Source of the DNA: an uncultured Rikenellaceae bacterium
Lineage (GTDB): Bacteria > Bacteroidota > Bacteroidia > Bacteroidales > VadinHA17
Direction: 5' to 3'
DNA length: 61,690 nucleotides
Assembly (NCBI GenBank): GCA_964525415.1
Contig: CAZGGZ010000009.1
Coordinates: 1 to 61,690 of the forward strand
Part shown: in pieces, positions 37,082-46,653 of the stretch
Layout of the letters: the number at the start of each line of letters is the position of its first letter
Position numbering within the stretch: the first letter of the stretch is position 1
Notes under the pieces: generated by a model
Told to the model about the DNA's origin: nothing
What the model saw: only the letters and a program-made list of their open reading frames with translations
Database searches by the model: none
Translations under genes and position numbers: made by a program

Positions 37082-38893
37082 TTATATTAAGCCGCCTTTC
37101 TTATATATTTCAAACTGCACATCCGAAAAAGGTTCGGCTGATGTCGTTTTATTATTCGTTGAGTTTATAACAGTTCCTGTCCGGAGATTGATTTTGACTT
37201 TGTCCCCATCCTTCAGTGCCAGCTCACTTAATGATTTGCATGTGATGATTGGAAGGGCGGCATTTATGGCATTTCTCTCATAAATTGCCCCGAAAGATTC
37301 GGCTACAATACCCTGAATGCCAAGGGAGATCAGGCAATCCACCGCCTGTTGCCGTGAGCTTCCGCTGCCAAAGTTCTTACCGGTTACAACGATATCTCCC
37401 GGACTGGCTTTCTTAGCAAAATCTTCATGCCCCTTCAGGTTATCAAAAGCATATTGCCCCATTTGACTGATGTTCGTTACAGCCAGGTACCTGTTATGGT
37501 AGATCATATCGGTATCGATGTTATCCATTTGTATCAGCCAAATCTTTCCTTCAATGAAGTCAGGTCTTGCTATCCTGTCATTTTCCTTCTTCCCCTGCGC
37601 AGCTGCTTTCTCAGTCGGCACAGGTCTTATGAAAACAGATGGTTCAGCAGGAATTTTACCGGGCGTGGTAATATATCCTGCCACTGATGATGCTGCAACA
37701 ACTTCAGGAGAAGCAAGGTATACGCTCCCTTTTCCCTGTTTTCCCGGGAAATTCCTGTTTCCGGTGCTTATTGTCACTTCACCCGGACCATTCTGACCAA
37801 CCTGTCCTGCTGCGCATCCGGCACATCCTGCATTCGAGACCAGAGCCCCGGCTTTCTTGAAAATTCCGATAAGTCCGTTTTCAAGGCATTTTTTCCAGAT
37901 ATCATCGGTTGCAGGCACGATTTTCAGTATAACCCCCGGTGCTACTTTCCTGTTATTAAGTATCTCAGCAGCCTTTTGCATATCTTCCATCCTTCCGTTT
38001 GTGCAGCTTCCTATAAAGGCTGAATCTATTTTCTGTCGTTCTAATGATGATACGTCAACAGTATCGTGGGGTTCTCCCGGACGAGACACCAATTGGGAAA
38101 AGCCTGCTACATCTATTTCGATCGTTTTATCATAGGAAGCATCAGGGTCGGCATATAGAGGAACAAATTTGTTTCGTGAATATTGGCGGCAATATTCAAT
38201 GATATATTCAGATGGCGGGAATAAGATGATTATAGCACCCATTTCAGTAGCCATGGAGGAAATGGTTATCCTGGCATCAAGGCTCATTTTGTCAACTGAA
38301 TTGCCATACAGTTCAAGTGAATACCCGAGAAGCGTGTTTGCCCCGAAGATCCTGAGAAGGTTCAGAATGACATCCTTTGGTGAAATGTTTCCGGGAATTT
38401 CTCCGTTCAACTGAATTCTGACAGATGGAGGTACCTTAAACCATATCCTTCCTTTATTCCATGCGGCAGCGATATCCATATCACCCATCCCCTGTCCAAA
38501 GGCTCCTACTGCACCAAGGATATTTGCATGTGAGTCAGTTGAAACGGCAGTAGTTCCCGGGTATACATACCCTTTATCAATAAGCAGATGTGTTCCAATG
38601 CCGGAATCAATATCATAAATCCTTATCCCGGTTTCACGGGCAAAAAGCCGGCAGATATGCTGGTTTGTTGCATATTTCTGATCCGAGCCGGTTGGATTGC
38701 AATCGAATGTAAACAGCGTTTTGCCCGGATCGTCAATGCTTAATCCATTATCCCTTAAATGTTTGACGACATTTGCACCTCCGAAATCACGTGCCACCCT
38801 GACATCAATATCAATATCAACTATTTCGCCCGGATGGACAATATCTTTATGTGAATGTGTTGCAAGTATTTTTTCAACCAATGTCATTGCCAT
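37082..38893 (-). CDS. Fused large+small subunit aconitase-family protein, copy 1 (divergent active site)
   Basis: TDSHA, GSCTNGR, CAGC and NRNFPGKQG, small-subunit NIDTD and GSGSSRQQA. Confidence 0.88.
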   Translation of the reverse strand: MAMTLVEKILATHSHKDIVHPGEIVDIDIDVRVARDFGGANVVKHLRDNGLSIDDPGKTLFTFDCNPTGSDQKYATNQHICRLFARETGIRIYDIDSGIGTHLLIDKGYVYPGTTAVSTDSHANILGAVGAFGQGMGDMDIAAAWNKGRIWFKVPPSVRIQLNGEIPGNISPKDVILNLLRIFGANTLLGYSLELYGNSVDKMSLDARITISSMATEMGAIIILFPPSEYIIEYCRQYSRNKFVPLYADPDASYDKTIEIDVAGFSQLVSRPGEPHDTVDVSSLERQKIDSAFIGSCTNGRMEDMQKAAEILNNRKVAPGVILKIVPATDDIWKKCLENGLIGIFKKAGALVSNAGCAGCAAGQVGQNGPGEVTISTGNRNFPGKQGKGSVYLASPEVVAASSVAGYITTPGKIPAEPSVFIRPVPTEKAAAQGKKENDRIARPDFIEGKIWLIQMDNIDTDMIYHNRYLAVTNISQMGQYAFDNLKGHEDFAKKASPGDIVVTGKNFGSGSSRQQAVDCLISLGIQGIVAESFGAIYERNAINAALPIITCKSLSELALKDGDKVKINLRTGTVINSTNNKTTSAEPFSDVQFEIYKKGGLI

Positions 38894-38943
38894 AGTCTGG
38901 TTATTAGAAGTTCAAATATAGTGAGAATTATACCGGGGTAAGC

Positions 38944-39792
38944 TTATCTGTACTGTGCTCTGTAATCTCTGGGTGAGATGCCTTCTGTTCGTCTGAAAAC
39001 CTTATTGAAATTGGAAATACTCTCAAAACCGCATTCAAGAGCGATATCGCGGATCTGGTACTCCGTTTCGCGAAGCAGGTAGCAAGCCTTATTGGTTCTT
39101 ACGCGGTTTACGTATTCAACAAATCCTGCTCCGCAGTTTTGTTTAAAGTAACGGCTGAAGCCGATAGGACTCATATGAGCGATTTTAGATATTTTTGCGA
39201 GTGATATAGGTCTGAAATAGTTTTCCCTGATATAAGAATACACATCAGCCATTTTCTTGTTACCCCTCTCATCATAAACCTGCTTGTAGTTTTCGGAGCA
39301 TAACAGTACTTTTTTGTCAGACTGGCACAATATCCTGAGTACATTGAAGAAATCAATCATTTTTTCAATACCCTTGTTGCCTGTCATCTGTACAAGGTGT
39401 TTTTCGGCTTTCCTGGCATCTTCAGTTGAAAAGCCTATTCCCCTTTCAGCCTGGGCCAGGAGATCCCTTACACAGGTCATTTCATACTGTCCCAGGAAGC
39501 CATCTCCAAGTGATGATTGTCTGAAATGTACCATGATCCCGTGTTTTTCAGGAAGAGTTCTATCATGCTTGTAATAATTCCAGGAGTGAGGTATGTTTCC
39601 TGCTACAAGAACCATGTCGAACTGGTCAAACAATTCAACGCTGTCACCTACGATTCGTGTTCCGTTGCTTTTTATGTTCAGAACCAGCTCATATTCCGGA
39701 TGAAAGTGCCACATACCTCCTGTATCGCTGATGTATTCGGCGACAAATCCGCCTCCGTCATCATAACTTATTTTTTCAAGTTCCGCTATCAT
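38944..39792 (-). CDS. AraC family regulator with an N-terminal cupin domain
   Basis: WHFHPEYEL, GTRIVGD, and C-terminal IALECGFESISNFNKVFRRTEGISPRDYR; ATG at 39792 preferred. Confidence 0.92.
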   Translation of the reverse strand: MIAELEKISYDDGGGFVAEYISDTGGMWHFHPEYELVLNIKSNGTRIVGDSVELFDQFDMVLVAGNIPHSWNYYKHDRTLPEKHGIMVHFRQSSLGDGFLGQYEMTCVRDLLAQAERGIGFSTEDARKAEKHLVQMTGNKGIEKMIDFFNVLRILCQSDKKVLLCSENYKQVYDERGNKKMADVYSYIRENYFRPISLAKISKIAHMSPIGFSRYFKQNCGAGFVEYVNRVRTNKACYLLRETEYQIRDIALECGFESISNFNKVFRRTEGISPRDYRAQYR

Positions 39793-39887
39793 CAGGAAAT
39801 AGTATTGGCCGGGTACTCTATCAAATTTAAGCAATATTCCTTCAATTCAGATTAAGATTCCTGCTAAAAATATTTTTTACATAATAA

Positions 39888-39918
39888 TTTGAAAATTTCA
39901 TTATTATATGTAAATTTG
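39888..39918 (+). promoter_or_regulatory. Bacteroidetes -33/-7 promoter
   Basis: TTTG (39888-39891), 19-nt spacer, TAAATTTG (39911-39918). Confidence 0.75.
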
Positions 39919-39925
39919 TTACCAA

Positions 39926-40147
39926 GCTCATGCTATTATTATAAGAGGAGTTGAGCAAGGGTTGGGAGTGAAAATCAACAGGATTGTATTGCAGACATTG
40001 ACTTTCACATCTGGAACCTGAGGAAAAGCGCCAGCTTTCTGTGGTTCCATCCTTTTATCAGACAGTAGACACGGGAATTATATTATTAAAGCCCGCTCCC
40101 TGATTCTCACTACCACCCTTCCTCCTCTTATTTTTATGTATAGCAGC
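39926..40147 (+). ncRNA. Long rod-shaped non-coding RNA, 6S RNA candidate
   Basis: ATAAGAGGAG (39941) pairs with CTCCTCTTAT (40122); further AAGGG/CCCTT, AGTGA/TCACT and AATCA/TGATT pairing; large internal bubble; apical GGAACC/GGTTCC stem; consensus promoter upstream; no ORF. Confidence 0.6.
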
Positions 40148-40291
40148 GATCCTTAATATCTTCATTTTCAATGACAATCCCCATAATGGAATTAAGAAAG
40201 GGAATTTCAGGTAACGGAATTAGTGAATTATTTCCATTATCTTTGTTTTCCGGTAAATTGGGTAATCGGTTTTAATATAGTTGAAAAGGTC

Positions 40292-41023
40292 ATGAAGACT
40301 TATATCAGGAGGATGGAAAAGAATGACCATCTCGTTGTCTTATACGGTGGCTGGGGTACTGATGAAAATGTTTTTACTCCGTTATGCAATGATAATTTCG
40401 ATTTTATCCTCTTTTATAACTACTCCGCTGATGAAGCACTGGTCCTTCCAGAGATGAAGGTATATAAGAAAATAATCCTCATTGGATGGTCTCTCGGTGT
40501 CTGGGCGGCCGGGTATCTGTCAGCAAAAACCGGAATAAAGCCTGATGTAACCATTGCCGTCAACGGTACACCTGTACCTGCTGATGACCAGTACGGGATC
40601 CCCCTGAAGGTTTTTGAGGGAACGCTCAATAATATTACTGAAGCCAACATGGAAAAATTCTACCTGAGGATGTTCGGCGACAAGAGGACATACAGGATGA
40701 ATGCGGACAGGATTCCTCACCGGACGGTCAAATCGCTTCATGATGAGCTCAGATGGCTCTACAACAGAATTATGGAACAGCCGGAACCTGGATTCAGGTG
40801 GGATTACGCAGTCTCGAGCGAGAATGACCGTGTTTTTCCCTCAGGAAATGTAAACAGCTACTGGAAAAAGGAAAAACTTACACGACATATTATTCTTCCA
40901 CTTCCTCATTATTTATTCAACAGATGGGATTCATTTACAGATTTTACAGGTTTTGTAGAACAGTTCAGAAAGAAAAGAGCTGTAAAAGCCAGAAAGCAGG
41001 AAGCTGTTCTTAAAGATCTTTAA
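40292..41023 (+). CDS. DUF452/BioG-type pimeloyl-ACP methyl ester esterase-like alpha/beta hydrolase
   Basis: YGGWGTD, GWSLGVW (nucleophile), AVNGT..PADDQYGIP..VFEGTL, DRVF and PHY. Confidence 0.8.
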   Translation: MKTYIRRMEKNDHLVVLYGGWGTDENVFTPLCNDNFDFILFYNYSADEALVLPEMKVYKKIILIGWSLGVWAAGYLSAKTGIKPDVTIAVNGTPVPADDQYGIPLKVFEGTLNNITEANMEKFYLRMFGDKRTYRMNADRIPHRTVKSLHDELRWLYNRIMEQPEPGFRWDYAVSSENDRVFPSGNVNSYWKKEKLTRHIILPLPHYLFNRWDSFTDFTGFVEQFRKKRAVKARKQEAVLKDL

Positions 41024-42353
41024 TCAGAATATTGGAATCGGATTTTGCTGCCAGCTTGTCGAATTTTTCGAGCATTGAGACTATCTTCTCATAGTCTTTG
41101 TTGCGAATCGCAGTATCGTGTTCAATACCTTTCTTATCAAGTTTTGACAATACATAACTTACAGTCAGCTTATTTATGTCGAGTGCAGGCTGGTATAGCC
41201 TTTCGATCTGATCCTTTTCATAGATCACAGAAACAAGACCGGCATTTGTCAGGTCCAGAAGAATATCACGTGCAAGCCTGACTGGTATTTTCAGTGATTT
41301 TCCTATTATCTCTGCACCTGCAGGTTTTTCACCTGTGGCAAAATTTCTGACAATCATATTCATCATCAATATTATCAGGGCGCGTTTGTGAAAATGGCTT
41401 ACATTAAGCGCTTCTGATTCAAATTCATAACGTGATATATTCTGGTTTGCAAACGAAAGTTCAGCTCCGATAAGGATAATTATCCAGGTTGTCTGGAGGA
41501 AAATGATGAACAAGGGTATTGCCGCCAGACCGCCATATATTGCGCTCAGCTTGGTTATTCCAAATTGAAGATCAAGATAAAGCCATTGCAGCGCTTTCAG
41601 TAATGTGCCTGCAATGATACCAGAAATCATGGCAGGCATGAATTTGACCTTGGTATTTGGCATTATTATGAACAACAGTGTCAGGATGGTCCATGTAAGT
41701 AAGAAGGGTGCGAACTTGATGAGAAAACTGATCACCGGCTTAAAAAATGCCAGAATAGGCGCTTTTGACATGAACTCGGTAAGTTCAGTACTGATAAAAA
41801 CCGTTATGCTGCTTGAAAGGATCAGAAGCACCGGTGCAAAAATCATTATTGTAAGGTAATCAGTGAACTTCCTGTACCATGGCCTCGAAGATGATATCTG
41901 CCAGATATGGTTAAATGAATTTTCTATCTGACCTAACAGGGAAATTACTGACCAGAAAAGGATTATTACACCAACCCCGGCAATATAACCGCCCCTGGTC
42001 TCCTGGATTGTAAGTCTGGCTCTCTCAAGCAGAGGTGTCAGTATCTGGCTGTACGACTGGAAATCCTTTGAATTAGTTATCATGGAATCCAGGTTCTGGT
42101 CAAGACCGAATCCTTTGGCTATCGCGAATGCGATTGCAATGACAGGAATTATTGACAGTAGCGTGTAGAAGGTGAGCGCTGATGCCCGTAATTCCACATT
42201 ATCCTTCAATGAACTACGGCCGGCAATAAAAAGGATCCTCAGCTGCCTGATAAGGAATGTCTTTCTTCTTGATAATTCTGAAAGCGGAGTGTGCCAGACA
42301 GCGTCATTCAGCCTTTTAGCCTGCTTAAGTGACCACGATACAGGGTTTCCCAT
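41010..42353 (-). CDS. YihY/virulence factor BrkB family membrane protein
   Basis: ASALTFYTLLSIIP, IENSFNHIW, IYGGLAAIPLF and GAELSFA; C-terminal HTH-like extension. Confidence 0.9.
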   Translation of the reverse strand: MGNPVSWSLKQAKRLNDAVWHTPLSELSRRKTFLIRQLRILFIAGRSSLKDNVELRASALTFYTLLSIIPVIAIAFAIAKGFGLDQNLDSMITNSKDFQSYSQILTPLLERARLTIQETRGGYIAGVGVIILFWSVISLLGQIENSFNHIWQISSSRPWYRKFTDYLTIMIFAPVLLILSSSITVFISTELTEFMSKAPILAFFKPVISFLIKFAPFLLTWTILTLLFIIMPNTKVKFMPAMISGIIAGTLLKALQWLYLDLQFGITKLSAIYGGLAAIPLFIIFLQTTWIIILIGAELSFANQNISRYEFESEALNVSHFHKRALIILMMNMIVRNFATGEKPAGAEIIGKSLKIPVRLARDILLDLTNAGLVSVIYEKDQIERLYQPALDINKLTVSYVLSKLDKKGIEHDTAIRNKDYEKIVSMLEKFDKLAAKSDSNILIKDL

Positions 42354-42436
42354 TCCCGGTGTTTTTTCAAATATACAAAATAGACGAAGGTGTATAAAGA
42401 AAATTATTATTATTTTTCACACAGGAGAAAGAGTTT

Positions 42437-43129
42437 ATGAAGATCGAAATCCTCGAATTTGTCGAAGGTGCAAAGAAAGCATCTGGCATTGCAGTTATTA
42501 TTGATGTCTTCAGGGCATTCTCAGTATCCTGCTATGCCTTTGATTCCGGGGCTGTCAGACTAATAGCAACATCGGAAGTTCAAAAGGCATTTGACCTTAA
42601 AAAGAAGTACAGGAATGTAATACTTACCGGTGAAAGAGGTGAGAGAAAAATTGAAGGCTTTGACTTCGGAAATAGTCCTACAGAAATAATTAAGGCTGAC
42701 CTGCAGGGGAAAACGGTAATACAGACAACTACCGCAGGTACAAATGGACTTATTAACGCAGTAAATGCCAATGTGTTGTTGACCGGGAGCATAGTAAATG
42801 CAGGTGCGATTGTCAGATACATAAAGCTCCTGAATCCTGACTATGTGTCACTTGTAGCAATGGGTTACAGGGCAGCTTCTTCTGCCGAAGAAGATATGAT
42901 TTGTGCTGAAATGATAAAGGCAGGGATCACCGGTAAAGAAATTAATTTTGAAAAGAAAATTACAGAACTGCGTTATGGATCTGGAAGCAGGTTCTTTGAT
43001 CCTGCAAATCTGAGTTACTCCCCTCCCACTGATTTCTTCCTCTGCACCATGATCAATAAATTCAGTTTCGTCCTTAAAGGAGAAAGACGACCCGACGGCA
43101 ACATTGACCTGATCAAAATTAATATCTGA
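42437..43129 (+). CDS. 2-phosphosulfolactate phosphatase (ComB) family
   Basis: VIIDVFRAFS, GERGERKIEGFDFGNSP, TTTAGTNG and EEDMICA. Confidence 0.85.
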   Translation: MKIEILEFVEGAKKASGIAVIIDVFRAFSVSCYAFDSGAVRLIATSEVQKAFDLKKKYRNVILTGERGERKIEGFDFGNSPTEIIKADLQGKTVIQTTTAGTNGLINAVNANVLLTGSIVNAGAIVRYIKLLNPDYVSLVAMGYRAASSAEEDMICAEMIKAGITGKEINFEKKITELRYGSGSRFFDPANLSYSPPTDFFLCTMINKFSFVLKGERRPDGNIDLIKINI

Positions 43130-43153
43130 CAAAAGAGAATTATTCGCAGGATA

Positions 43154-44110
43154 CTATAGATCGATGGAATCGGGAAGGAATACAGGTAACAGCTTTCTCC
43201 TGCTATGAATTTCACGGTAAGTGCAGAACATGCTGATTTTATAGAAACTGAACAGCCAGAGAGGCGGATTTGAAGAATCTATCCTCAGTTCCATTCTTTC
43301 CCTGAAACGGATAAAGAGAGCCACAAGAATCAGTCGAATCCTGAAGAACCGGATCCTGTTATAAACACGAAGCATTCTTGCAGTAGATGAAAAGGCTTTT
43401 TTGTCAGTGACACGGTCATAAAGTCTGCTCAGGTTTTCAAGGCTCAGCTTGGTCTTTTCAAGGAATTCATGGTTCGTTTCAAGTCCTTCATGAATAAGTC
43501 CATTGTCCATATGAAGAACGTCAATGCCTGCTTTTTTCAGCTGGTAACTAAACAGCGTATCCTCATGACCATATTGCCTGATCTCTTCATTAAACCGCAG
43601 CTTTGAAAATATTTTCCTGTCAATGAGCACATTGAATGTTGAAAAGGATGCATGTGAATGTTTGTTCCTTTCTGAAGCTTTCCTCTGTTCCCTCCTTATG
43701 CCATATTTCCATCTGAGCATCTTTTCCGGATCTCCAGGAGGGCTTTCATGATATAAAATGCCACCGGAAACAACCCTGGCATAATCCATTTCAGACAGCC
43801 ATTTGTTCAGATATGCCTCTGCAGTAGCCGGGATCATCGCATCAGAATCAATAAAAAGCAGAAAATCACCCTTTGCTTCCAGTGCCAGTTTGTTCCTTAT
43901 AGCCGCCCTGCCGATATTCTTTTCAGAAACTATTATCTTAACGCCATCGCCCTCCAGCAACATATACTTAGCACGGTTCTCTGCCGAAGAGCCATCATCA
44001 CCAATTATTATTTCAAGCAATTCCGGGACCTTACCAATACAACCCTTCATACTGTGGACCAATGCCACAATATCATAATCACATACAGGTATGAGCAAAG
44101 AGATTGTCAT
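43154..44110 (-). CDS. Glycosyltransferase family 2
   Basis: ISLLIPV, IGDDGS, NIGRAAIRN, LFIDSD and YGHEDT. Confidence 0.9.
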   Translation of the reverse strand: MTISLLIPVCDYDIVALVHSMKGCIGKVPELLEIIIGDDGSSAENRAKYMLLEGDGVKIIVSEKNIGRAAIRNKLALEAKGDFLLFIDSDAMIPATAEAYLNKWLSEMDYARVVSGGILYHESPPGDPEKMLRWKYGIRREQRKASERNKHSHASFSTFNVLIDRKIFSKLRFNEEIRQYGHEDTLFSYQLKKAGIDVLHMDNGLIHEGLETNHEFLEKTKLSLENLSRLYDRVTDKKAFSSTARMLRVYNRIRFFRIRLILVALFIRFRERMELRIDSSNPPLWLFSFYKISMFCTYREIHSRRKLLPVFLPDSIDL

Positions 44111-44172
44111 TAGCTACCCAAAGAATTAACAGACCAAAAATACAACATTTCTTTATAATGGGTTGTTATCAA

Positions 44173-44203
44173 TTTGGCAAAGAAATTGTAATGACTAATT
44201 TTG
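44173..44203 (+). promoter_or_regulatory. Bacteroidetes -33/-7 promoter
   Basis: TTTG (44173-44176), 19-nt spacer, TAATTTTG (44196-44203). Confidence 0.65.
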
Positions 44204-44231
44204 TCACAATCTTTTACAATAAGACAACTCA

Positions 44232-45650
44232 ATGAAAAAGATTATTCCTTTTATTCTTTTCCTTCTCCTGTCAGCTTCAGCATTCGGTCAGCTTAAGTAT
44301 AACCATGAGATCTCTATGACTATATCAGGACTCACGGATTCCTCAGTATACCTGGCGTATCATTTTGGCGACAAGCAGTATATAACGGACACAGTCAAGC
44401 TTGACAGCAAAGGTCACGGGGTGTTTTCAGGACCGGAAATCCTTCCAAAGGGTATCTATATGATCGTTCTCCCGGGAAAACAGTATTTTGAGTTCCTTGC
44501 TTCTGACGACCAGGTTTTTTCAGTTTCATGTAATTATATTGATTACTATAACACCCTTAAATTCAGCGGATCGGAAGAAAACAACGCATTCATTGAATAT
44601 CAGAAGAAATGGACATCAATGCAGAAGCAGGCTCAGGCTGTTTACAAGCGGATGCAGGCCGGCAAGCAGAATACTGATTCAGTCAAAGTCCTTGGTGAGA
44701 TGCAGAAGAAACAGGAAGAGTCAATGAAGACATACCTGAAAAGTGTAGTTAATGAAAACGGGAATAATCTGCTTGCTGTTCTTGTGAAATCGATGATTCC
44801 GGTGGAGGTTCCCGAATTCAAAATTCCGAACGGAACACATAATCCTGACTCCGTAATCTGGGTAAGGAAATACAATTATAACAAGGATCACTTCTTTGAT
44901 AATATTGATCTTACTGATGAAAGAATCCTGCGTACGCCAATTCTTTATGCACGCCTGGAAGCGTATTTTACTAATGTGGTAATACAATACCCCGATTCCA
45001 TAAACAGGGCTATTGACAGAATAGTAGGCAAATGCATTACAAATTATAAAGTATTCCAGTTCGTTTCAGTATTTCTTTTCAATCATTTCAGGGAAAGCGA
45101 GATAATGGGGCATGACGCCGTGATGGTTAAGCTGGCTGATGATATTTACCTGTCAGGCAAAGCAGACTGGACAACCAAAGAGTTCAGGGATGATCTGGTG
45201 AAGCAGGTTGAGCTTCTCAGAAACAACCTGATTGGAATGAAAGCGAAGGATCTTGTAATGAATTCATACAAAGGAACATATGTTTCGCTATACGATATTG
45301 AAAAAGATTTTACAATTCTGTATTTCTGGGAACCGAATTGCGGTCACTGCAAGGAAGCAACTCCAAAACTGAGGGATTATTATGAAAAGGAGCGAAACCA
45401 GGGTATTGAAATATTTGCTGTCTGTACGATTAATGATAAGGAGGCATGGAGTAAATATATTGAAGAGAACGGTCTGATATGGATCAATGGATGGGATCCT
45501 GACCGTAAAACACATTTTGACTTCTACTATAATGTCCAGTCCACACCTATGATCTATATTCTCGACAGGAACAAGAAAATAATTGCCAAGAAACTCGCTG
45601 TTGATGATATACCCTCATTCATTGATAATTACAGGAAATACGGAATGTAA
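44232..45650 (+). CDS. Secreted thioredoxin-like (TlpA/ResA-type) multidomain protein
   Basis: Signal peptide; C-terminal FWEPNCGHCK CxxC motif and YNVQSTP cis-Pro motif. Confidence 0.85.
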   Translation: MKKIIPFILFLLLSASAFGQLKYNHEISMTISGLTDSSVYLAYHFGDKQYITDTVKLDSKGHGVFSGPEILPKGIYMIVLPGKQYFEFLASDDQVFSVSCNYIDYYNTLKFSGSEENNAFIEYQKKWTSMQKQAQAVYKRMQAGKQNTDSVKVLGEMQKKQEESMKTYLKSVVNENGNNLLAVLVKSMIPVEVPEFKIPNGTHNPDSVIWVRKYNYNKDHFFDNIDLTDERILRTPILYARLEAYFTNVVIQYPDSINRAIDRIVGKCITNYKVFQFVSVFLFNHFRESEIMGHDAVMVKLADDIYLSGKADWTTKEFRDDLVKQVELLRNNLIGMKAKDLVMNSYKGTYVSLYDIEKDFTILYFWEPNCGHCKEATPKLRDYYEKERNQGIEIFAVCTINDKEAWSKYIEENGLIWINGWDPDRKTHFDFYYNVQSTPMIYILDRNKKIIAKKLAVDDIPSFIDNYRKYGM

Positions 45651-45651
45651 T

Positions 45652-46653
45652 TTATTTCCGGAGATTCCTTATCAGATCATAAATTGAACTGAAAGAAAAC
45701 TCTTTTCTGTCTGCAATAAGCTTCCACGGCTGATCTGCAAGTACGGGAACAACTATGTACGGATTGGTGATGGAATCAGAAACAACGTAACCAGCTCTTG
45801 ACAAAGCTCTCTCCGTCCATTTCCTTCTATTGCCTTCACCTTCAATGAAGAGTTTGCCGCGGGATTCATTCCGGAATATAAAGCTGCCATCTGATGAGTT
45901 GAACTTTATCACCGATGAATCAAATAGATGCTCGAAGTAACCGCTGAGCATAAGGTCCTCAGGAGATCCTTCAGCGAGCCTGTCATCCAGGATGAGCCAT
46001 ATTTTATCAGCCTGACTTACAGCAATATTGAAATCGTGTGTGGAAAAGATAATTGTCTTGCCATCCCTTGTTAGTTCCAGCATAAGGCTGATGATCTCAA
46101 ATTTGCTGGCTATATCAAGAAAGGCTGTCGGTTCATCCATTATTAAAATGTCAGTATTCTGAGCAAGCACTCTTGCAATCATAGCCTTTTGCCGTTCACC
46201 GTCTGATAGTTCCGTGATGTTCCTGTTCCGCAGAGCAGTCATTCTTGTCCTCTCTATTGCGCTCTCAACTGCAATCAGGTCAGACTGATCGGTACTGCCG
46301 AGCCAGTTTGTATGAGGGAAACGGCCAAGGGCGACCAGGTCGCAGACTCTCATATTACTCACCCTGACGACTTCGGTGGAGATGTACCCGATTCTTCTTG
46401 CCATTTCCAGTCGTGAATATCCGGATGTGCTTTTACCATTAATATATATCTCCCCTCCAAGAGATTGCTGCAGTCCTGTTATTGTCCGCAGCAATGTGCT
46501 CTTTCCAATTCCGTTCCTTCCGATGACAGCAATGAGCTCACCACCTTTTGAAGAAGCTGAAAGAGGCGGTAAAATGCAATTTACATGCCTTCCGGAAGAG
46601 AATCCGATGCATAATGAGTCGAGTCGTATTATTTCAGCCTGCTTTTCCTTCAT
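45652..46653 (-). CDS. btuD: Cobalamin ABC transporter ATP-binding subunit
   Basis: GRNGIGKST, LSDGERQK and MDEPTAFLD; ATG 46653 overlaps the permease TGA (the 490-aa ORF is over-extended). Confidence 0.88.
   Translation of the reverse strand: MKEKQAEIIRLDSLCIGFSSGRHVNCILPPLSASSKGGELIAVIGRNGIGKSTLLRTITGLQQSLGGEIYINGKSTSGYSRLEMARRIGYISTEVVRVSNMRVCDLVALGRFPHTNWLGSTDQSDLIAVESAIERTRMTALRNRNITELSDGERQKAMIARVLAQNTDILIMDEPTAFLDIASKFEIISLMLELTRDGKTIIFSTHDFNIAVSQADKIWLILDDRLAEGSPEDLMLSGYFEHLFDSSVIKFNSSDGSFIFRNESRGKLFIEGEGNRRKWTERALSRAGYVVSDSITNPYIVVPVLADQPWKLIADRKEFSFSSIYDLIRNLRK

Noticed and set aside
40010-40030. GAACCTGA as part of a TPP riboswitch
   Set aside because: The other TPP aptamer elements (GCTGAGA junction, GGATAAT/GCGTAGG region) are absent; the segment is better explained as the apical stem of the long hairpin RNA
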